A stretch of 63,994 bases of DNA, filler included, from Archaeoglobus sp. JdFR-37 (GTDB taxonomy: Archaea; Halobacteriota; Archaeoglobi; Archaeoglobales; Archaeoglobaceae): the NCBI GenBank assembly GCA_002010215.1. It is 4 parts of 4 records of this genome, joined end to end, with 100 filler letters (N's around TTAATTAATTAA, not from the genome) between each part and the next. Parts side by side here need not be neighbours in the genome. Positions count along the whole stretch, not along the records: positions 22,452 to 43,970 come from MTMY01000042.1; 3 more parts are not named here. One strand, 5' to 3'. The first letter of the stretch is position 1. Each line of letters opens with the position of its first letter. Below, piece by piece: positions 28,434 to 38,871 of the stretch. Position numbers and translations under genes: made by a program. Under the pieces are notes generated by a model. That model was not told the origin of the DNA, did no database searches, and was given only the letters and a program-made list of their open reading frames with translations.

Positions 28434-28822
28434 TGAAAAAGCTACTCTTTGACGCTTCAGCCATAATAAACCTCTGCAGCAGGGGAGAGGTGGAAAAGCT
28501 TGAATGTTATACTTCAAGCTTGGCAATTTACGAAATTGGAAATGCAGTCTGGAAGCAAGTTTACCAAAGGAAGAATCTCAGCGTGGAGGAAGGAATAAAA
28601 GCACTAGACGTGCTACATGAAGTTCTGAAAAACCTTGAGAAACTCGAAATGTCAGAGCCAGAAAAAGCTTTCAAGATGGCAATTAATGAAGGTTTAACTT
28701 TCTACGATGCTTCATACCTTCATCTCGCCTTTGAAAACGGTTTGGCTCTTGTTACAGATGACGAGAGGCTTTACAGAATTGCAGAAAAGCACGTCAGAGT
28801 GTTGAAGAGCAGAGATTTGTAA
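28430..28822 (+). CDS. VapC-family PIN toxin
   Basis: LFDASAI, YEIGNA, LTFYDASY, LVTDD. Confidence 0.9.
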   Translation: MMKKLLFDASAIINLCSRGEVEKLECYTSSLAIYEIGNAVWKQVYQRKNLSVEEGIKALDVLHEVLKNLEKLEMSEPEKAFKMAINEGLTFYDASYLHLAFENGLALVTDDERLYRIAEKHVRVLKSRDL

Positions 28823-28842
28823 ACGAGATGTACGCATCTTAC

Positions 28843-29970
28843 CTACCTCTTTTCCGCAAACCATCTTTTCCTCAGCTCTCTGATAATAGAGGGCATATCT
28901 ATCTCCATGGGGCAAACTTCCCTGCATTTTCCGCAGAGACAGCAGAGAAAGACTTCAATGCCGATGTTACGAGTGATGATGTAGCTCAGCACGAGCCCCA
29001 TGGGCCCGCCGTAAATGCTTCCCCAGTAATTTCCCAGCATCTGGAAAACCGGACACTCCGTCTGGCATCTCCCGCACCTTATACATGCCAGCTGCTCTCT
29101 GGCGAATTCTGGAGCGTCTTTTCTTCCATTATCCAGAAAGACAACATGTATTTCTTGGCTGCCCGGCTCATTGATGTTGATGTAGGATGGCGGAAAGGTG
29201 CCTGCAAAGGCTGATTGAACCAGCACAGACTTCAGGCAGAGTTCATCACTTGGCAGCATCTTATCTATGCTCACGATGGCAACGTATTTCTCCGGCAGGG
29301 TGGTTGAGATCCTTATGTTTCCCTCATTCTCCACAAGAAAGATTCTTCCGGTCTCAGCCGAAAAGGCGTTGCAGCCTGAAATGCCGACATTGGCAACGAG
29401 AAACTTCTCTCGCATAAATCCTCGTACACCTTCTGCCAAATCCTCAACAGATTCGCCCCTTATACCCACCTTTTCCAGTATCCTAGCTGCCTGCTTTTTC
29501 GAGTAGTGGATTGCGGGGGCTATCAGGTGCATTGGCCTGTCATTTGCAAGCTGGACAATAAAATCTCCGAGATCAGTTTCCCAGACTTCATTTCCAAGCT
29601 CATGAAGGAACTTTTTTAGGCCAATCTCTTCTGAAACCATGGATTTGGCCTTGACGATTACTTTCCCACTCCTCACAACCTCCCCAATAATTTTCCTCGC
29701 ATCTTTCTCATTTTTAGCATAGTGAACATAGCATTTGCTTTTGGACCTGTTAGCTGCATTTTCAAAGGCTCTCATGGCTTTATCAATCCAATATTCGTAG
29801 TTCGAACTAACTTCCATCTTTGCAATCTTTACTTCCTTCGCATAATCCAGCACGAAAGGGTAGGTTTTAATGACACTTTCAACTGCTCTCGAAATATTTT
29901 GCCATTTCCTGAGAATTCCCGCCCTTATTGATTCGTTATTCAGGGCCTTATAGAGGTCTTTCTCCCTCAC
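28843..29970 (-). CDS. LutB/LldF-like LUD-domain Fe-S protein
   Basis: KAKSMVSEE, ETDLGD, ENEGN, CIRCGRC, CCLCGKCREVCP. Confidence 0.88.
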   Translation of the reverse strand: MREKDLYKALNNESIRAGILRKWQNISRAVESVIKTYPFVLDYAKEVKIAKMEVSSNYEYWIDKAMRAFENAANRSKSKCYVHYAKNEKDARKIIGEVVRSGKVIVKAKSMVSEEIGLKKFLHELGNEVWETDLGDFIVQLANDRPMHLIAPAIHYSKKQAARILEKVGIRGESVEDLAEGVRGFMREKFLVANVGISGCNAFSAETGRIFLVENEGNIRISTTLPEKYVAIVSIDKMLPSDELCLKSVLVQSAFAGTFPPSYININEPGSQEIHVVFLDNGRKDAPEFAREQLACIRCGRCQTECPVFQMLGNYWGSIYGGPMGLVLSYIITRNIGIEVFLCCLCGKCREVCPMEIDMPSIIRELRKRWFAEKR

Positions 29971-30355
29971 TTTCCACCTCCAGAATAACAGTGAACTTTC
30001 TGGGGCCGTGCATCCCCCAGATTAACTTCCCCTCAATATCGGCAGTTTTGGAAGCTGACGAAGAAGCGAAAATGAACCTGGATTTGGATGCTGCCAACTT
30101 ATATGCCTCCACCGTATCTCTACATACAACATCTCGCCTCACAATTGCGATGTGGTGTTCTGCCAGCGCTGCTTTTTTCCTTTCATCAAAACCTCCAAAG
30201 AAGATTATGCCTGTGTCAGCAGCGGCGCTAAGAGCTTCGCTCACGAAACTATCTGGATCCGCATTCAGATTTGAAGAAAAAATGACATTGACAAAATTCC
30301 GTTTCAGGGATTCTACAAAGATTTTGAGCAAATCATCCAATTCAGCTTCGGTCAT
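29948..30355 (-). CDS. LutC/LldG-like LUD-domain protein
   Basis: SKTADIEGKLIWGMHGP motif. Confidence 0.85.
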   Translation of the reverse strand: MTEAELDDLLKIFVESLKRNFVNVIFSSNLNADPDSFVSEALSAAADTGIIFFGGFDERKKAALAEHHIAIVRRDVVCRDTVEAYKLAASKSRFIFASSSASKTADIEGKLIWGMHGPRKFTVILEVESEGERPL

Positions 30356-31274
30356 GTGCTCTCCTCCTAGCCCTCCACAGCACTTCAGCTATGTCTTTAA
30401 CATCTCCCGAGACTCTAAAATTCCCCAGACATATGGGGCATGAAGTCACCACGTCACATCCAATCCCTTTCATTTCCATGTATCTGCTTCTGGAAATCTC
30501 CATGCTCAGCTTTGGTGAAAAACTCTCAATGGGACCTCCACAACATGATGTAAGCCTTCCGGAGTTCCTGATGTCTATGCACTCTAATCCAAATTCCTGT
30601 AAAACTTTTCTGGGCACTTCATGCATTTCAAGACATCTTGCATAGTAACATGGGTCATGAAAAGCAACTTTCCAACTTTTAGAATCTTTGTTCTCATCGG
30701 CCTTCAAAACTTCAAGATAGGTTTTGACCTCAAAGCTGATGCCGGTGAATTGTGGGTAAAGAACCTTCAGAGCGTAGGTTGTGTGGGGGTCTACTGTTAC
30801 CACTTTCCTGACTCCCTGCTCCTTAAGCCTTTCGGCAACGAAAGATGCATATTCTGCAAAGCTCTCATCGTCGCCCATTTCATAGAGGAGAATTCCAGAA
30901 TAGAAATCAAGCTCTGGGTCATAGAAGAACTCAACTTCTGAATCTATGAGGAGTTCTGATATTTTCCAGAGAATGCTGTTGAAGTACTGTTTATCCCGAT
31001 CATCTACTTTTAAAAATCTTGAAAAAGGACTTGAAAATGTACTGACGACTGAAACAAGCTTCTCTGCTCCGCTCCCCTCAAATTTATGCATTATTTGGGT
31101 TAGTTTTGTTATATAAGGCATCATCTGGTACATCAGACCGGTGTAAAACATGATATCACTGCCATCCTCGTCACTCCACCAGGTGTTGATTTTTGAAGCT
31201 GGAATACCCAGAGGAGTCCATGTCTTTCGGATATTTCTGGCTATAACTCTTGCAAGAGTGTGGGGAGGATACAT
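30342..31274 (-). CDS. CCG-domain Fe-S oxidoreductase subunit (LutA/GlpC-like)
   Basis: HDPCYYAR, CCGGP, TSCPIC. Confidence 0.82.
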   Translation of the reverse strand: MYPPHTLARVIARNIRKTWTPLGIPASKINTWWSDEDGSDIMFYTGLMYQMMPYITKLTQIMHKFEGSGAEKLVSVVSTFSSPFSRFLKVDDRDKQYFNSILWKISELLIDSEVEFFYDPELDFYSGILLYEMGDDESFAEYASFVAERLKEQGVRKVVTVDPHTTYALKVLYPQFTGISFEVKTYLEVLKADENKDSKSWKVAFHDPCYYARCLEMHEVPRKVLQEFGLECIDIRNSGRLTSCCGGPIESFSPKLSMEISRSRYMEMKGIGCDVVTSCPICLGNFRVSGDVKDIAEVLWRARRRAHDRS

Positions 31275-31442
31275 CTGTGTAACATTTGCTTTAACTTTTT
31301 AAATGCTTCACCATCTTTGAGCTGCTGAGGTTCATCACAACAAATCGGTATGGATAGTTTTAAGGCTGATAGAAACACTCTGAATCCTTTTTCCCGGTAA
31401 AACAACCGAAATAATTAAATACGCAAATTTTTTTAATGATTT

Positions 31443-32306
31443 TTGATGATTGAAACCCTCTTAAACCTCATAGTGAGCGGCATTCTAATAGGCGGCCTTT
31501 ATGCTCTCGCTGCTCTCGGTCTTACAATTGTTCTGGGGGTTATGAGGATAATAAACGTCTCACATGGAGCCTTCTATACGCTTGGAGCCTACTTCACTTT
31601 TCTGTTCTCAGTCATGCTTGGGATGAATTATATTGCCGCATTCCTTCTTTCAGTGGTCATCGTATTTGCTGTAGGCGTTATATATGAGAGGGCCCTAATC
31701 AAACCGATACGAAAAGAAGAGCTGAATGTTCTGATTTTAACCTTTGCAGCAGCCTTCGTCATAGAAGAGATTGTGAAATTCACCTTTGGTCCGAGATACC
31801 GAAACATTCCACCCTATCTCAGCGGAACAGTTACCTTCTTCGGAGGCTCTGTTGATGTGCAGCGAGTATTCTCCTTTGTCATAGCAATTGCCATTGTTAC
31901 CCTCCTGATTCTGGCCTTGAGGTTCACGAAAGTGGGTAAGGCCATGAGGATGGTGGCTGAAGATGAAGAGGTTGCGGGGCTTCTGGGCATAAATGTTGAG
32001 AGAATTCAGATGGTCTCCTTTGGGTTTGGTGCTGTGCTCGCTGCTGCTGCTGCAGCACTGCTAAGCCCAATCTATTTGCTTTACCCGGCAATGGGGTGGG
32101 ATCCGTTGCTGAAAGCTTTTGCCATCGTCATCTTTGGCGGAATGGGGAGCATAACTGGCACAGTTCTTACAGGCATCATCTTTGGGGTTGCTGAAGTCCT
32201 CACAGGCTATTACATTTCTCCCACTTGGAAGACTGTTGTGCCATTCATTCTGCTAATACTGATCATTTCTGTAAAGCCCACAGGATTGTTTGGAGAGGAG
32301 GAGTGA
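31443..32306 (+). CDS. Liv-type ABC permease (LivH-like)
   Basis: INVSHGAFY, GGMGSI, KPTGLFG. Confidence 0.9.
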   Translation: MMIETLLNLIVSGILIGGLYALAALGLTIVLGVMRIINVSHGAFYTLGAYFTFLFSVMLGMNYIAAFLLSVVIVFAVGVIYERALIKPIRKEELNVLILTFAAAFVIEEIVKFTFGPRYRNIPPYLSGTVTFFGGSVDVQRVFSFVIAIAIVTLLILALRFTKVGKAMRMVAEDEEVAGLLGINVERIQMVSFGFGAVLAAAAAALLSPIYLLYPAMGWDPLLKAFAIVIFGGMGSITGTVLTGIIFGVAEVLTGYYISPTWKTVVPFILLILIISVKPTGLFGEEE

Positions 32307-32312
32307 AGAGGA

Positions 32313-33308
32313 ATGAGGGGGATGAGACAGGGAATGGGGCAAGTGGGGCAGGGAATGGGGCTGATGCAGCCCAAAAAATTTGCTGTGCCTTTAGTTTTTG
32401 TGGCGATCGCTACCATCATCCCATTTATAGCTCCAAGTGTGTATCTGCTTCATGTCCTCATTCTGGCTCACATTTTTGTCATATATGCGGCAAGCTGGGA
32501 CATCTTGACAGGTTATACGGGACAGCTAAATCTGGGTCATGCAATGTTCTTCGGGCTAAGCGCATATGTGGTTGCTATAACCAATACCATGTTAAAAACT
32601 CCCCTCTTCCTCTCTGTGCTGATGGGGGTAGCTTCAGCCTTTATTCTGAGTGTTGCAGTTGGTTTGCCCTGTCTGAGGCTGAGAGGGCCTTATCTTGCAA
32701 TAACTACCTTCTCTTTCTCTTGGGTTCTTTTCCTGCTGGCAAGCAGTGCCATGATATGGCTGAGTGGAGGGGAAGAAGGCGTCAGGGGTGTGAAAACCTT
32801 TATTGTAGGGACAATTCCAAACTATTACCTCTCTCTGGTGTTAATGCTGATCTCTGTTTATATACTCTACCGCATAGCCAGTTCTGAAACCGGATTGATA
32901 TTGAAGGCAATAAAAGAGGATGAGGATGCGGCGATGGCATGTGGTATAGACACTACAAGGTATAAATTGCTGGCGTTTCTGATGAGCGGCACATTTGCTG
33001 GTATTGCTGGAGCTTTTTACGCCCAATACATGAGAATCGTTACAGTTGATGTTGTGACGCTGGAGCTCTCAGCTTCAGCCATAGCTTTCTCTCTTGTTGG
33101 AGGCATAGGCACCATAATCGGCCCAGCAATGGGGGCGTACATTCTCACAATTCTCTTCGAAGGCTTTGCCTGGCTTGCCGATTACAGAGTTCTAATCTAC
33201 AACCTGATAATCGTCTCATTCGTCCTCTTTCTGCCTGGAGGCCTGATGAGCTTAAGAGACCTGTTGAGAAGAAGAGAGGAGGAAGGAGGAGGGGTGGGTG
33301 GAGCATGA
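32313..33308 (+). CDS. Liv-type ABC permease (LivM-like)
   Basis: GYTGQLNLGH, LRGPYLAI, GGEEG; repetitive N-terminus makes the start uncertain. Confidence 0.9.
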   Translation: MRGMRQGMGQVGQGMGLMQPKKFAVPLVFVAIATIIPFIAPSVYLLHVLILAHIFVIYAASWDILTGYTGQLNLGHAMFFGLSAYVVAITNTMLKTPLFLSVLMGVASAFILSVAVGLPCLRLRGPYLAITTFSFSWVLFLLASSAMIWLSGGEEGVRGVKTFIVGTIPNYYLSLVLMLISVYILYRIASSETGLILKAIKEDEDAAMACGIDTTRYKLLAFLMSGTFAGIAGAFYAQYMRIVTVDVVTLELSASAIAFSLVGGIGTIIGPAMGAYILTILFEGFAWLADYRVLIYNLIIVSFVLFLPGGLMSLRDLLRRREEEGGGVGGA

Positions 33309-34060
33309 GTAGGAGTGGAGAGTTCTTAGAGGTCATTAATCTGAGCAAGCACTTCAAGGGTCTGAGAGCGGTTGATGATGTCACGTTCTCTGTAGGTAAT
33401 GGCGAGTTTCTCGGCATAATCGGCCCCAATGGTGCAGGCAAGACAACGCTTTTCAACCTCATTACCGGATTCCTAAAACCCACTTCAGGAGAAATCCACT
33501 TTGTGGGGAGAGACATAACTGGGATGAAACCTCATGAGAGAGTGAAGCTGGGAATTGCCAGAACTTTTCAGGTTACAAAGCCCTTCAAGAAACTTACAGT
33601 CATGGAGAATGTGATAATAGCAGCGTTGATTGCCAGAAAGCAGGGTAAAATAAAGGAGGATGAGAAGAATTTTGCTGCAGAGGTGCTGGAGAAGGTAGGA
33701 CTACTTCACAGGAAGGATATGGCTGCAGAGAATTTGCCTCATGGCGAGGTGAAGAAGCTTGAGATAGCAAGAGCCCTTGCAACGAAGCCTGAACTGCTTT
33801 TGCTGGATGAGCCCTTTTCTGGCCTGACAGGTGAGGAAGTAGCCTCGCTTCAAGAAGTCATCAAAAGCATTCATGAGGATGGTATCACGGTAATTCTGAT
33901 TGAGCATGTTTTGAAGGCTTGCATGGCATTGTCAGAGCGAATAATTGTCCTGAATTACGGGAAAATAATTGCTGACGGAACTCCTGAGGAGGTGTGCATG
34001 GATAAGCAGGTTATAGAGGCCTATCTAGGAAGAAGGGGGTTAGAATTTGCTTCAGGTTAA
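33305..34060 (+). CDS. Liv-type ABC ATPase (LivG-like)
   Basis: GPNGAGKT, RTFQ, LLLDEP, EAYLG. Confidence 0.92.
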   Translation: MSRSGEFLEVINLSKHFKGLRAVDDVTFSVGNGEFLGIIGPNGAGKTTLFNLITGFLKPTSGEIHFVGRDITGMKPHERVKLGIARTFQVTKPFKKLTVMENVIIAALIARKQGKIKEDEKNFAAEVLEKVGLLHRKDMAAENLPHGEVKKLEIARALATKPELLLLDEPFSGLTGEEVASLQEVIKSIHEDGITVILIEHVLKACMALSERIIVLNYGKIIADGTPEEVCMDKQVIEAYLGRRGLEFASG

Positions 34061-34754
34061 AGAGCTGACGGTTCATTATGGAAAAGCCCTTGCTGTTGAG
34101 AACGTGAGTCTTGACGTGAAGGAAGGAGAGTTTGTTGCTGTTATAGGCCCTAATGGAGCAGGCAAGACAACGCTGTTCAAAACGATTTCCTCGGTGATAA
34201 AACCATCGTCTGGTGAGATATATTTCGAAGGAAAGAGGATAGATACGCTGCCACCACATGAAGTTGCAAAACTTGGAATTGCCCACTGCCCTGAGAGGAG
34301 GAGGCTGGCCTACCGCATGACGGTCATGGAAAATCTGGAGCTGGGGGCCTATCTGCGTGATGACAGAGAAGGAATAGCCGAAGACCTCAACTATGTATTT
34401 GAGTTATTCCCTATCCTTAAAGAGAGGAAAAACCAGAAAGCAGGCACTCTCAGCGGTGGAGAGCAGCAAATGCTAGCGATAGGCAGAGCTTTAATGGCAA
34501 ATCCTCGCCTCCTTATGATGGATGAACCATCTGTTGGTTTAGCACCCCTTATGAAGGAGAGGATTTTTGAGGCAATTGAGGAGATAAAGATGGAGAGGAA
34601 GGTAACAATTCTTATCTCCGAGCAAGATGCGAGCCTTGTTCTTCCTATGTCTGACAGGGCTTATGTGATGGAAACGGGAAAAATAAAGATGGAAGGAAGA
34701 GGAAAGGAGCTGATGGATAACGATTATGTGAAGGTAACTTATCTGGGGCTTTGA
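34047..34754 (+). CDS. Liv-type ABC ATPase (LivF-like)
   Basis: GPNGAGKT, LSGGEQQM, DEPSVGLAP. Confidence 0.92.
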   Translation: MLQVKELTVHYGKALAVENVSLDVKEGEFVAVIGPNGAGKTTLFKTISSVIKPSSGEIYFEGKRIDTLPPHEVAKLGIAHCPERRRLAYRMTVMENLELGAYLRDDREGIAEDLNYVFELFPILKERKNQKAGTLSGGEQQMLAIGRALMANPRLLMMDEPSVGLAPLMKERIFEAIEEIKMERKVTILISEQDASLVLPMSDRAYVMETGKIKMEGRGKELMDNDYVKVTYLGL

Positions 34755-34877
34755 AGTAGATTCTGGTTAAGCAATCTGAGAGGTTTATGGCAAACACTCT
34801 TACAGTCACAAATACCACAAAACATATAATTGAGTTATATTGCATTATTAATCACTACATTTTGGGGGTGCAAAAAA

Positions 34878-36128
34878 GTGTTTATTCTGGACAGAGGTGT
34901 GACCCGCAGGGGTTTTATGAAGGGGGTTGCAGTGGGCGCAGCCTCTCTGATGGCTGGCAACTCACTTCTCGGCTGTGCCCAGAAGCCTGAGGAGAAAAAA
35001 CCGCTGAAGCTGGGAGCTCTTGTTCCCCTCTCAGGCCCATCATCAGAGGGTGGGAACAGGATGAAAAATGCCTTTGAGATGGCAAAGGAAGACATAAACA
35101 AGGCAGGAGGAATCCTCGGAAGGCCGGTTGAGCTGGTTTACTACGATACAGCCGGAAATGCGGAGAAGGGAGTTACAGGTGCAAAGAAGCTCATTGAAGA
35201 GGACAAGGTGTTTGCTTTAGTTGGAGTGTATACGAGTGGTGTGGCACTGGCAATAGCAGATGTGGTGGCTGATTACGGGGTTCCGCTGATGGTAACTGTT
35301 GCTGCTTCGCCTAAGATTCCGCAACTGGTCCGAGATGACCCAGAGAGGTACAAGTACATGTTCAGGACAGGAGCAGATGTTACCCACTTTACCCTAAACA
35401 CAGCCCCCTTTGTTACAGATATAGTGGGAGCCAAGACGTATTATTACGTTGGACAGGAGGCTATATGGTCAAAGGCTTTGGATGGAGTTTTTGAGAAGTT
35501 TCTGAAGGAGAAAGGCGTTGAAAAACTTGGCAGCTCTTTTGTACCGAGAGGAACCCAGGAATTCAGCTCCATAATTGCGGACATAAAGAGTAAGGACCCC
35601 GATGTTGTTGTGGCTAGCACAGTTTCTGCTGAGGGTGTGCCTTTTGCAAAGCAGTATTACGATGCGAAGATACCCGTGCCTTTCATAGCAACTGCTGGCA
35701 TTCTGACCTTCGAGGACGTTGTGAAGGAGATGGGTGAAAAGGGTAACTATGTCTGCTTCATGAGCTGGTGCTGGGATGTGCCATTCACCTCAAAGACCCA
35801 GGACTTCTACAAGAGGTACAGGGAGACCTATGGCTATGCCCCAACCGGCTATGAGGATGTCAGGAGCTATGACGGGCTGATGGTGTTTGCTCAGGCAATC
35901 AATAAAGCCGGAGAACTGGATTATGACAAGATAAAAGAGACTCTTGAAACAAACAAGTTTGAGAGCGTTGCTGGCTACTATGAATTTGACGATGGACATC
36001 AGGCAAAGTGGGGTGAAGGGTTGCTAACGGGAGTTATTGGCGAGTGGTATAATGGTGAAGCAAGAATACTCTGGCCTGGCAACGTCAAGACAGGCGACCT
36101 CATCAAGGCGCCCTGGTGGAGAGTTTGA
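34878..36128 (+). CDS. Liv-type substrate-binding lipoprotein with Tat signal
   Basis: TRRGFMK and LLGC lipobox; INKAGGILGRPVEL; GTG start after GGGGTG. Confidence 0.88.
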   Translation: MFILDRGVTRRGFMKGVAVGAASLMAGNSLLGCAQKPEEKKPLKLGALVPLSGPSSEGGNRMKNAFEMAKEDINKAGGILGRPVELVYYDTAGNAEKGVTGAKKLIEEDKVFALVGVYTSGVALAIADVVADYGVPLMVTVAASPKIPQLVRDDPERYKYMFRTGADVTHFTLNTAPFVTDIVGAKTYYYVGQEAIWSKALDGVFEKFLKEKGVEKLGSSFVPRGTQEFSSIIADIKSKDPDVVVASTVSAEGVPFAKQYYDAKIPVPFIATAGILTFEDVVKEMGEKGNYVCFMSWCWDVPFTSKTQDFYKRYRETYGYAPTGYEDVRSYDGLMVFAQAINKAGELDYDKIKETLETNKFESVAGYYEFDDGHQAKWGEGLLTGVIGEWYNGEARILWPGNVKTGDLIKAPWWRV

Positions 36129-36163
36129 ACGCTGAGAATGTGAAATGGTGGGGAGGGTTGTGA

Positions 36164-37789
36164 TTGGATAAACCCTGGCACAAATTTTATCCTCCTCATG
36201 TTCCCCCCTCGATAGACTATCCTGTTAGACCGGTGTTTGAAAATTTGAAGCTTGCTGCTGAGAAATTTCCTGAAAGGGCTGGCGTGATATATCAGGGGGT
36301 GGAATACTCATACGAAAAGCTCTGGGGCCTCGCTGCGAGAATGGCAAATGCCCTTCGCAATCTAGGTGTGGAAAAGGAGGATAGAGTTGCCATATATCTG
36401 CCTAACGTCCCACAATTCATCATCGCTTATTATGGCATCCTTGCATGTGGTGCCGTTACAGTTGCCTGTAACGCAATGTACAGGGAAAAGGAGATAGAGT
36501 ACCTGCTGAAAGATTCAGGAGCGAAGATAATCATTACCCTTGATGAACTGAAGCCGGTAGTGGATGCCGTCAGGGATAAAACTGACATTGAACAAGTCAT
36601 AGTAACGTCGAGAGATGAAGCACTGTCGCTTATGTCCGCAGAATCTGCCGAATCTGCCGTATCAGAAGAGAGTATGGCAAAGCTGCTTTCAGAAAGCCGT
36701 GCAGAGCTATCGAAAGTGGATTTAAATCCAAAGGAGAATCTGGCTGTCCTCCAGTACACTGGAGGGACGACAGGGACGCCGAAGGGGGCCATGCTGACCC
36801 ACTACAACCTCATTGTTGATCAGGTGCAGGAAGCAACATGGTTCGAGTTCAGGGAGGGGAAGGAGACTGCCATAATATTCCTCCCCATATCCCACATCTA
36901 CGGCATGAACTGGTGTATGAACACCATGATTCTTGTTGCTGGTACCATCGTTCTGATGGAGAGGTTTGAGCCTAGCAAGGTTCTTGAATATGTCAACCTC
37001 TATAAACCAACCATTTTCTATGGAGTTCCCACTGCATACATTGCCCTCTTAGACCATCCAGATGTGAAAAAAGCTGATTTCTCAAGAATGAGGACGTGCT
37101 TTAGTGCTGCAGCACCTCTTCCGCCTGAAGTGAGGCGGAGATGGAAGGAGGTTACGGGTGCAGACATCATCGAGGCATGGGGGTTGACAGAGGCTGCACC
37201 TTGCCTGACATGCACACCTCTGGGGATGAGCGGAGATAAGCTGATTGGGGTGCCGATGCCTGATACAGAGGTGAAAGTGGTGGATATAGATACTGGAGAA
37301 GACCTGCCGCCTGGAGAGGTAGGAGAGCTGGTAGGAAAAGGCCCGCAAATCATGAAGGGTTACTGGAACAAGCCTGATGAAACGAAGAATGTGCTGAAGG
37401 ATGGCTGGCTTTTCACCGGAGACCTTGGCTATATGGATGAGAACGGCCTCTTCTATTTCATAGACCGCAAGAAAGACCTGATAAACGTTGCGGGATACAA
37501 GGTGTGGCCGGATGAAGTGGAGAACGTGCTATATGAGCATCCCGCTGTAAAGGAAGCAGCAGTAGTGGCATCTCCAGACCCTCAGAAGGGTGAGGTACCA
37601 AAGGCTTTCGTTGCGTTAAGGGAGGAGTATAAAGGGACAGTGAGTGAAGAGGAGTTGATAAAGTTCTGCAAGGAGAAGCTTGCCCCCTTCAAGGCTCCGA
37701 AGAAAATAGAGTTCGTTGATGAACTACCCAAGACACCGGTGGGGAAGATTTTAAGGAGGGCGTTGAGGGAGAGAGAGTGGAGTTCCTGA
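36164..37789 (+). CDS. Long-chain fatty acid-CoA ligase
   Basis: YTGGTTGTPKG, WGLTE, TGDLG, PKTPVGK. Confidence 0.92.
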   Translation: MDKPWHKFYPPHVPPSIDYPVRPVFENLKLAAEKFPERAGVIYQGVEYSYEKLWGLAARMANALRNLGVEKEDRVAIYLPNVPQFIIAYYGILACGAVTVACNAMYREKEIEYLLKDSGAKIIITLDELKPVVDAVRDKTDIEQVIVTSRDEALSLMSAESAESAVSEESMAKLLSESRAELSKVDLNPKENLAVLQYTGGTTGTPKGAMLTHYNLIVDQVQEATWFEFREGKETAIIFLPISHIYGMNWCMNTMILVAGTIVLMERFEPSKVLEYVNLYKPTIFYGVPTAYIALLDHPDVKKADFSRMRTCFSAAAPLPPEVRRRWKEVTGADIIEAWGLTEAAPCLTCTPLGMSGDKLIGVPMPDTEVKVVDIDTGEDLPPGEVGELVGKGPQIMKGYWNKPDETKNVLKDGWLFTGDLGYMDENGLFYFIDRKKDLINVAGYKVWPDEVENVLYEHPAVKEAAVVASPDPQKGEVPKAFVALREEYKGTVSEEELIKFCKEKLAPFKAPKKIEFVDELPKTPVGKILRRALREREWSS

Positions 37790-37964
37790 GTGGTGTGATT
37801 TGTAGTTAATAATCTCATTGATTCTCTATTTTCTTATATTTTCTTATTTAGCGAGTTTGCAACTGAGTTTGCAACTCCCTCAGATATCTTGTCTCTTTTG
37901 TCTCTCGGATAATTCTACAAACGACTTCGATAGCATTTTTAACTAAAAGGAAAATATCGGAGCC

Positions 37965-38537
37965 ATGAACTTAAGGGAGGCCTTTGTAACTGGACTTCTA
38001 GTGTTGGTACCTATTGCAGCAACGTTTCTCATCATTTACTGGGTGGTCTCGCTTATAGAGCGAATGATTTCCCCAGTCATCTCAACAATTTTTGGATTCT
38101 ACTTCCCTGGCCTCGGTTTGGCTCTGCTTATATTAATCATACTGCTGACAGGCTTTTTTGCTAGAGTTACGTTATTCAACAGGATAATATCTGTGTTTGA
38201 ACAGGTACTGGTGAAAATTCCGATAATAAGGACTGTTTATGCTGGAGTTAAAGAGGCAAGCAGATCAGTATTCTTCAGCGAGCCGGAAAGGTTGAAGGGG
38301 GTTGTGCTGCTTGAATATCCGAGAAAAGGCGTGTTCGCACTAGGTTTTACTACAGGGGCGGAGGTGGAGGAAGCATGCGAAGCTACCGGAAAGAAGCTGA
38401 TAAACGTGTTCATTCCTACTTCTCCAAATCCGACGTCAGGGCTGGTTCTCATGGTTCCTGAAGAGGAACTAATTTACTTGGATATGAGCGTGGAGGACGC
38501 TATGAAGGTGGTAATTTCAGGCGGATTCTCAAAATAG
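37965..38537 (+). CDS. DUF502 membrane protein
   Basis: IPIIRTVY, EYPRKG, PTSPNPTSG, VISGG. Confidence 0.88.
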   Translation: MNLREAFVTGLLVLVPIAATFLIIYWVVSLIERMISPVISTIFGFYFPGLGLALLILIILLTGFFARVTLFNRIISVFEQVLVKIPIIRTVYAGVKEASRSVFFSEPERLKGVVLLEYPRKGVFALGFTTGAEVEEACEATGKKLINVFIPTSPNPTSGLVLMVPEEELIYLDMSVEDAMKVVISGGFSK

Positions 38538-38562
38538 AGAGGGTTTAGTGATTGATCAGATG

Positions 38563-38871
38563 TCAATCGTACTCTCTCCATGTCTTCCCACATTTCGTGC
38601 ATCTGAAGAATCTCACTTCACTCTCGTCAGCAGCACGAAGCTGGCGAAGCCACCAGTACGCCTCTCTATTCCCGCAGGCAGGACATAAAACTTCGGTTGT
38701 GGGCAGCGTCTGTATATTATCTCCTTCTATCACTGGAATCTCATCTTCATTCCTCTTCGTGACGATAATCATCTCGCCATCCTCAGCTTCCTTCTCATAT
38801 CCGCATTTTCTGCAAACTGCCTTGTTGCCCTGATACAGCATCAGGCTTTTACATTTCGGACAGAATTCCAT
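38563..38871 (-). CDS. tfs: Transcription factor S
   Basis: FCPKCKS Zn ribbon; CPAC...QLRAADE...FFRCTKC. Confidence 0.95.
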   Translation of the reverse strand: MEFCPKCKSLMLYQGNKAVCRKCGYEKEAEDGEMIIVTKRNEDEIPVIEGDNIQTLPTTEVLCPACGNREAYWWLRQLRAADESEVRFFRCTKCGKTWREYD

